From Bdellovibrio sp. (GTDB taxonomy: Bacteria; Bdellovibrionota; Bdellovibrionia; Bdellovibrionales; Bdellovibrionaceae), in assembly GCA_036677065.1 (NCBI GenBank), contig JAKFBS010000004.1, positions 352,001 to 416,000 on the forward strand: a DNA stretch of 64,000 nt, read 5' to 3'. The position numbers were made by a program, and so were the translations under genes. Every line of letters starts with the position of its first letter. Position 1 is the stretch's first letter. The notes under the pieces were generated by a model. It searched no databases, was not told where the DNA came from, and saw only the letters and a list, made by a program, of their open reading frames with translations. Shown here piece by piece: positions 59,708 through 64,000 of this stretch.

Positions 59708-60337
59708 ATGCATGTTTATAGTTTGAAATCTATTTTAAGTCTTTCACTAGTTATGGCGTTTGCTTCAGTAGGATTAGCTGCTGGCAAGTCTAATCTGGTT
59801 AAGCCAAGTAAAATGGATGGCGCTACGTACTGCCAAGATCAAGAAAAATTAAAAACCTTAACTGCAATTGTGCATTTAGATGAGCGCAACAGAATTGATC
59901 GTATCGTTATTCAAAAGAGCACTAAACAATTACATTTATTAAGCCAAGGCCGAATCTATAAAACCTATAACGTGGCTTTTGGTTTTGGGTTTTTACAAGG
60001 TAATAAAGTCAAAATGAAAGACGGGCGTACGCCAGAAGGTCTTTATCACGTAGAACTTAAAAATGCACAGTCAGCCTATCATAGAGCCTTACGAGTTTCT
60101 TACCCAAACGCTAATGATGTAGCCTTTGCTAAAGCTCATAGAGTAAACCCTGGCTCAGACATCATGATTCATGGTTTTCCGAGCGCTAAAAACAAAGACT
60201 TTGCCCGTTGGGCTTTATCAGAAACACACCCGAAATTTGATTGGACGCAAGGTTGTATCGCGGTCACTGATAAAGAAATAGAAGAGATTTTTTCGTTAGT
60301 TAGCGTTAACACCGCTATAGAAATCTGCCCGCGCTGA
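59708..60337 (+). CDS. secreted L,D-transpeptidase (YkuD family)
   Basis: DGRTPEGLY, SYPN, IMIHG, WTQGCIA. Confidence 0.92.
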   Translation: MHVYSLKSILSLSLVMAFASVGLAAGKSNLVKPSKMDGATYCQDQEKLKTLTAIVHLDERNRIDRIVIQKSTKQLHLLSQGRIYKTYNVAFGFGFLQGNKVKMKDGRTPEGLYHVELKNAQSAYHRALRVSYPNANDVAFAKAHRVNPGSDIMIHGFPSAKNKDFARWALSETHPKFDWTQGCIAVTDKEIEEIFSLVSVNTAIEICPR

Positions 60338-60466
60338 TTAAACAACGCGATCGTGTCAAAAAGTTTACCATCACCCATTACACCTAATTCAATATAAGGC
60401 CAAGGCAACTGGTCCTGATATTGGAATGTATTCATACATAACTTTAAAAAACAAAGGTGTGTCATA

Positions 60467-61798
60467 ATGAAACATTCAGTAATTATCAGAAATTTAGTGT
60501 TACTAAGCCTAGTTTCAACATCAGTAAGCCCTGCTTGGTCACATGTAAATGGTAAAGACACCTACCGCGTAGAGATCACGATGGATCAAGCAGCCCGCGA
60601 ATCATTAAAATCAAAAGATAAAGTTGAAGTTTCAGAAGCAAACTTAAAAGTCTATTCTGAAGGTCAGTTAACTGATGAAGAGCAAGTATCAGTATCAACT
60701 CGCGGCCAAAGTTCATTAAAATTTCCGCGTAAAAACTTTGCTGTAAAAGCCCTTAAAGAAGCTGACGGCGAAAAGAAAAAACTTAAAGTTGGCGGTATTA
60801 AATCAAAAAGCATTACGATGTCAGCCAGCCCCGAAGATTTATTGTTTGTAAAAAATAGCATCGGTTACAGTTTATTAAAAGCTATCGGCATTCATTCGTT
60901 AAAAACTCAGTTTGCTGAAGTAAAATTAAATGGTGTTTCGCAAGGGTTATATATGTTAACCGAGAACCAAACAGACAATTTAATGAAAGAGCAAGATGCT
61001 GAAATCGTTATTCGCCGCAGATATAATGATGCCCTAGAAGTTAAAGATGCTAAAAAAGAATTATCTGAAGCAGATGTTTTAAAATACCAAGCTACTTTAA
61101 AAAGCGTTCATAAATCTATTCGTGAAATGCAAGGCAGCCACTTAATTGCAACACTCGAGAAAAATTTAAATCTTAAAAATTACTTAAAGTGGTTAGCTTT
61201 TAATTATATCGTTAAAAACGGCGACTATTCAGATGAAGTTTATTTCTATGGTAAAAAGAATGCTGCCGGTGAAATTTATTTCGATGTTTCTCCGTGGGAT
61301 ATGGATGATTCGTTTTCTGACAAAATGCACTTAAGTGGTTTTCCCGGTGGTCCGAATTACCATATGACCGAGAATTCTCAGAAACAAATGATTTATAACT
61401 ACGAAAGCCGTATCGACCGCAAAGTTGCAGGTGATGCCAAGTTATTACGTATGTACTTTGAAGCCATGGATGAAGTGGTCAGCACTTTATCACAAAATGA
61501 TGTGCTTTTTAATATTCAGCAAAAGATCTTGGGTAATTTAGCTCCTTATATTCAAGATGCAGATATTCAGGCAAATGGTTTATTAGACTCTGTTCAAACT
61601 CGCCATACGCCTGCAGCCATTGAAGACAGTGTGAAAATCAAAATGGCTAAAATCCAATTACGCATGCAAGAAGTTAAAGAAGAACTTGAAGTGATTAAAA
61701 CTGAAGAAAACCTGAATCACCGCGTACTTGATTTGTCTGGTTTAAGAAAAGTTCTAATTAAAATTGATAACGTTTTATTAAGACATTTTACAAAATAG
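60467..61798 (+). CDS. CotH-family secreted protein kinase
   Basis: Signal peptide; RGQSS..PRKNF, GLYMLTE, NGDY, PWDMDDSF. Confidence 0.85.
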   Translation: MKHSVIIRNLVLLSLVSTSVSPAWSHVNGKDTYRVEITMDQAARESLKSKDKVEVSEANLKVYSEGQLTDEEQVSVSTRGQSSLKFPRKNFAVKALKEADGEKKKLKVGGIKSKSITMSASPEDLLFVKNSIGYSLLKAIGIHSLKTQFAEVKLNGVSQGLYMLTENQTDNLMKEQDAEIVIRRRYNDALEVKDAKKELSEADVLKYQATLKSVHKSIREMQGSHLIATLEKNLNLKNYLKWLAFNYIVKNGDYSDEVYFYGKKNAAGEIYFDVSPWDMDDSFSDKMHLSGFPGGPNYHMTENSQKQMIYNYESRIDRKVAGDAKLLRMYFEAMDEVVSTLSQNDVLFNIQQKILGNLAPYIQDADIQANGLLDSVQTRHTPAAIEDSVKIKMAKIQLRMQEVKEELEVIKTEENLNHRVLDLSGLRKVLIKIDNVLLRHFTK

Positions 61799-61819
61799 TA
61801 TTTTAACGGAGTTTCGCCC

Positions 61820-63121
61820 ATGTTAGCAAAAACTTTAGGTTTAGTTTTATTCGCTTCAACATTCACCCTGTCTGCTTTTGCAGGTAAGGGTGAAGACCTT
61901 ATAGAAAAGACAAACTTAATTATGGTTTCTGAAGAAACTTGCGGTGGTGTTATTGATAATCACATGCAACTTATTGAAGATAGTGAAGAGTACTTCGCTA
62001 AAACTTTTGATATTCCTGCGCATCAGTTAAAGCCTCATGAGATCACGGTCATTCAAAAAGTCTTAAAGGTTCGCTTTGACCATTTAATGAAAGTATTGGC
62101 GAAATTTCATTCTGTATCTGATTGTAATCTTCCGAATTTAGGTAATGTTGTGGCGGTGTATGATTTTAATGTTTTAGCTGAATCAACAATGAAACATTCG
62201 TATTCACGCAAAATGCTACATAGCTTTACTAAAGCTGCTGATTACGGGATGCGAGATTTTAAAGAGCAGTATAATCATTTTACCAGACTTAAAACCATTG
62301 AAGACGTTCGCGGTAGCTTAACCCAGCAAGAGTTAGGCTTATTACAAATGTTTAATTTAAAAGTTGATCAAGGCCAAGACGGCACAAAACTTTCAACAAC
62401 CGGTGATGCCTTAAAGCGCGTGTGGGGTTGGGTTTTAGGTAAAGGCTTAGTTCGCTCTTGGGGTATGCTTTCTGACAACTTAAAAGTGCGTCATGGTTAT
62501 TTGCGCGATTATCCGTTAGTACGCGCTACGATTGAGGAATCATTAAAGCCGTTAGATTTATTATTTGAACAACGTCGTTTTGTGCTTTCAAATTTGACTA
62601 TCCCAGGTCACTGGGGGCATACCGCGGTTTGGTTAGGAACAAAAAAAGAACTGCAAGCTTTAGGTTTATGGGATCGTGAAGATTTCGCTGTATTCAAAAA
62701 ACAAATTGAGCTCGGAAAAAACATCGTACAGATGCGCAAAGAAGGCGTCGTATTTAGTTCATTAAAAGAATTTATGAATTTAGATGAAATCGCAGTCATG
62801 CGCGTAAATAGCGCCCAGATTAACCCAGCAGCGGTATACCCATTAATGGCCGAGCAGTTAAATAAAAAGTATGATTTTAGTTTTGATGCAACAACACTGG
62901 GTAAAATCACTTGCACTGAGTTTGTGAGTTTTTCTTTCGGCGAAATCGCATGGCCTAGCCGCACGCAGATGGGTCGTACTGTGATTGCTCCGGATGATAT
63001 GGCAAAATTATCGATTGACAGTAGACAGGCTCACTTAGTGTATTATTTCGGAAGTGATTCAGGCAAAGTTCGCCAAAAAACTGTTAAAGACTGGTTCAAT
63101 AATTTCAACACGCAAAAATAA
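61820..63121 (+). CDS. secreted YiiX/YebB-like permuted NlpC/P60 cysteine hydrolase
   Basis: Signal peptide; PGHWGHTAVW (His before Cys), YDFSFD, ITCTEFV. Confidence 0.85.
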   Translation: MLAKTLGLVLFASTFTLSAFAGKGEDLIEKTNLIMVSEETCGGVIDNHMQLIEDSEEYFAKTFDIPAHQLKPHEITVIQKVLKVRFDHLMKVLAKFHSVSDCNLPNLGNVVAVYDFNVLAESTMKHSYSRKMLHSFTKAADYGMRDFKEQYNHFTRLKTIEDVRGSLTQQELGLLQMFNLKVDQGQDGTKLSTTGDALKRVWGWVLGKGLVRSWGMLSDNLKVRHGYLRDYPLVRATIEESLKPLDLLFEQRRFVLSNLTIPGHWGHTAVWLGTKKELQALGLWDREDFAVFKKQIELGKNIVQMRKEGVVFSSLKEFMNLDEIAVMRVNSAQINPAAVYPLMAEQLNKKYDFSFDATTLGKITCTEFVSFSFGEIAWPSRTQMGRTVIAPDDMAKLSIDSRQAHLVYYFGSDSGKVRQKTVKDWFNNFNTQK

Positions 63122-63138
63122 ATTGAAACATATTTAAA

Positions 63139-63172
63139 CCTATGATTTGGTTCTATCATTACAAATCATAGG
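63139..63172 (+). promoter_or_regulatory. 11-bp hairpin overlapping the RBS of the last gene
   Basis: CCTATGATTTG-N12-CAAATCATAGG; right arm runs into AGGGGT upstream of ATG 63180. Confidence 0.55.
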
Positions 63173-63179
63173 GGTAGTT

Positions 63180-64000
63180 ATGCGTCTTGTTGGTTTTTTA
63201 ACTTTATTGTTTTCGGCACACGTTGCGTTCGCACAAATTGAAGTCAATGAAACTAAATACGACGAAGGCACGCTGTTCGCGCCGACGTTTAACATGTCAA
63301 AAATCGATTTCGAATTAACAGATTTATTAGCCGATAACGGGACTTCGCAATTATGTGCGCCGATGGCGATCACGCATGCCTTTGAATTTTTAAAAAATTA
63401 CCGTAATCCAAGTTTTGCAAATCTTCCGACGGTGGCTGACCTTGATAATGATGGCCAGGCGAACACCTTCAAAGACCGCGTTCGCTATTTCTTTCAAACT
63501 TGCAGTACTGATCGAAATGAAGGAACCCGCTACCGCCAAGCAATTGGCTGTATGGACGCATTTATTAAGACCAGTTCGTATCAATCTTGGGCTTACATGA
63601 TTGGGCCCCATTCAGTAAATGCACCGGTGGGTAGTCCGTTAGATGCGGTTCAACATGTGCTGCGTTTATCTGAGATCAAATATTACGTGGCTCATCAGGC
63701 TGCTGTTTTGATGGGCATCGGTTGGTATAAATTTAATCCAACCACGCAAATGTATGAACGCACGGGCGGGCATTTCTTTAATCTTTATGGCTATGCAGCC
63801 ATGACCGCTTGGGGAGAAGATCACAGTGATCTATTCGCTGTAAACTCATGGATTGATTATCGCAGTCGTCCGGCTAATCAGCAATACGACACGATCAAAA
63901 TCAGTAGCACAAAGTATCTGAATCAGACGTCTATGCCCGCAGAAGTTGCCTATGAATTAACAGGTGAGGGGTTTGATTTTGCTGAATATAAAGCCTTTGT
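63180..64000 (+). CDS. secreted papain-like (clan CA) cysteine peptidase, partial
   Basis: Hand translation: signal peptide (AFA), QLCAP, GGHFFNLYGY, VNSW, DLDNDG; open to window end. Confidence 0.75.
   Translation, partial: MRLVGFLTLLFSAHVAFAQIEVNETKYDEGTLFAPTFNMSKIDFELTDLLADNGTSQLCAPMAITHAFEFLKNYRNPSFANLPTVADLDNDGQANTFKDRVRYFFQTCSTDRNEGTRYRQAIGCMDAFIKTSSYQSWAYMIGPHSVNAPVGSPLDAVQHVLRLSEIKYYVAHQAAVLMGIGWYKFNPTTQMYERTGGHFFNLYGYAAMTAWGEDHSDLFAVNSWIDYRSRPANQQYDTIKISSTKYLNQTSMPAEVAYELTGEGFDFAEYKAF

Noticed and set aside
63140..63611. Three short ORF-track calls at the window end
   Set aside because: Superseded by the long + strand ORF from 63180 with signal peptide and protease motifs.
1..64000. 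CRISPR array, rRNA, IS elements, known defence systems
   Set aside because: No regularly spaced repeats, rRNA-like blocks, transposase or recognisable defence genes seen by eye.

Overview
AT-rich bacterial chromosome segment, most likely from a Bdellovibrionota (Bdellovibrio/Pseudobdellovibrio-like) predator. This is inferred from gene content: TIGR02147-like regulator, class II RNR, GS type III, alpha2-type GlyRS, and many Cys-containing secreted hypothetical proteins. About 1-15 kb is a housekeeping block (glyQS, ppdK, response regulator, smc, ftsY, zapA, 5-FTHF cyclo-ligase, rny, tyrS, ferredoxin). The rest mixes core genes (DEAD-box helicase, iscA-like, nrdJ, GSIII, acyl-CoA dehydrogenase, trmH, lemA, ogt, mscL) with accessory signalling and secreted-protein genes, one tRNA-Arg(UCG) and a yybP-ykoY (Mn2+) riboswitch. 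I saw no CRISPR array, rRNA, integrase or transposase. The strongest leads are: (i) an RNase Y whose HD-domain metal ligands are substituted (probable pseudo-nuclease); (ii) a divergent module with paired direct-repeat boxes, coupling an OmpR/HK pair to a small Cys-Cys periplasmic protein and a secreted protein with a prion-like Q/Y/G/N domain; (iii) a receiver protein paired with a His-less, ATPase-less pseudo-kinase; (iv) a run of four secreted enzymes (L,D-transpeptidase, CotH kinase, YiiX-like amidase, papain-like protease); (v) a candidate sRNA with an anti-SD loop upstream of glyQS. All calls come from reading motifs by eye; no database search was run. Where start codons differ from the ORF track they were chosen from RBS or motif context.
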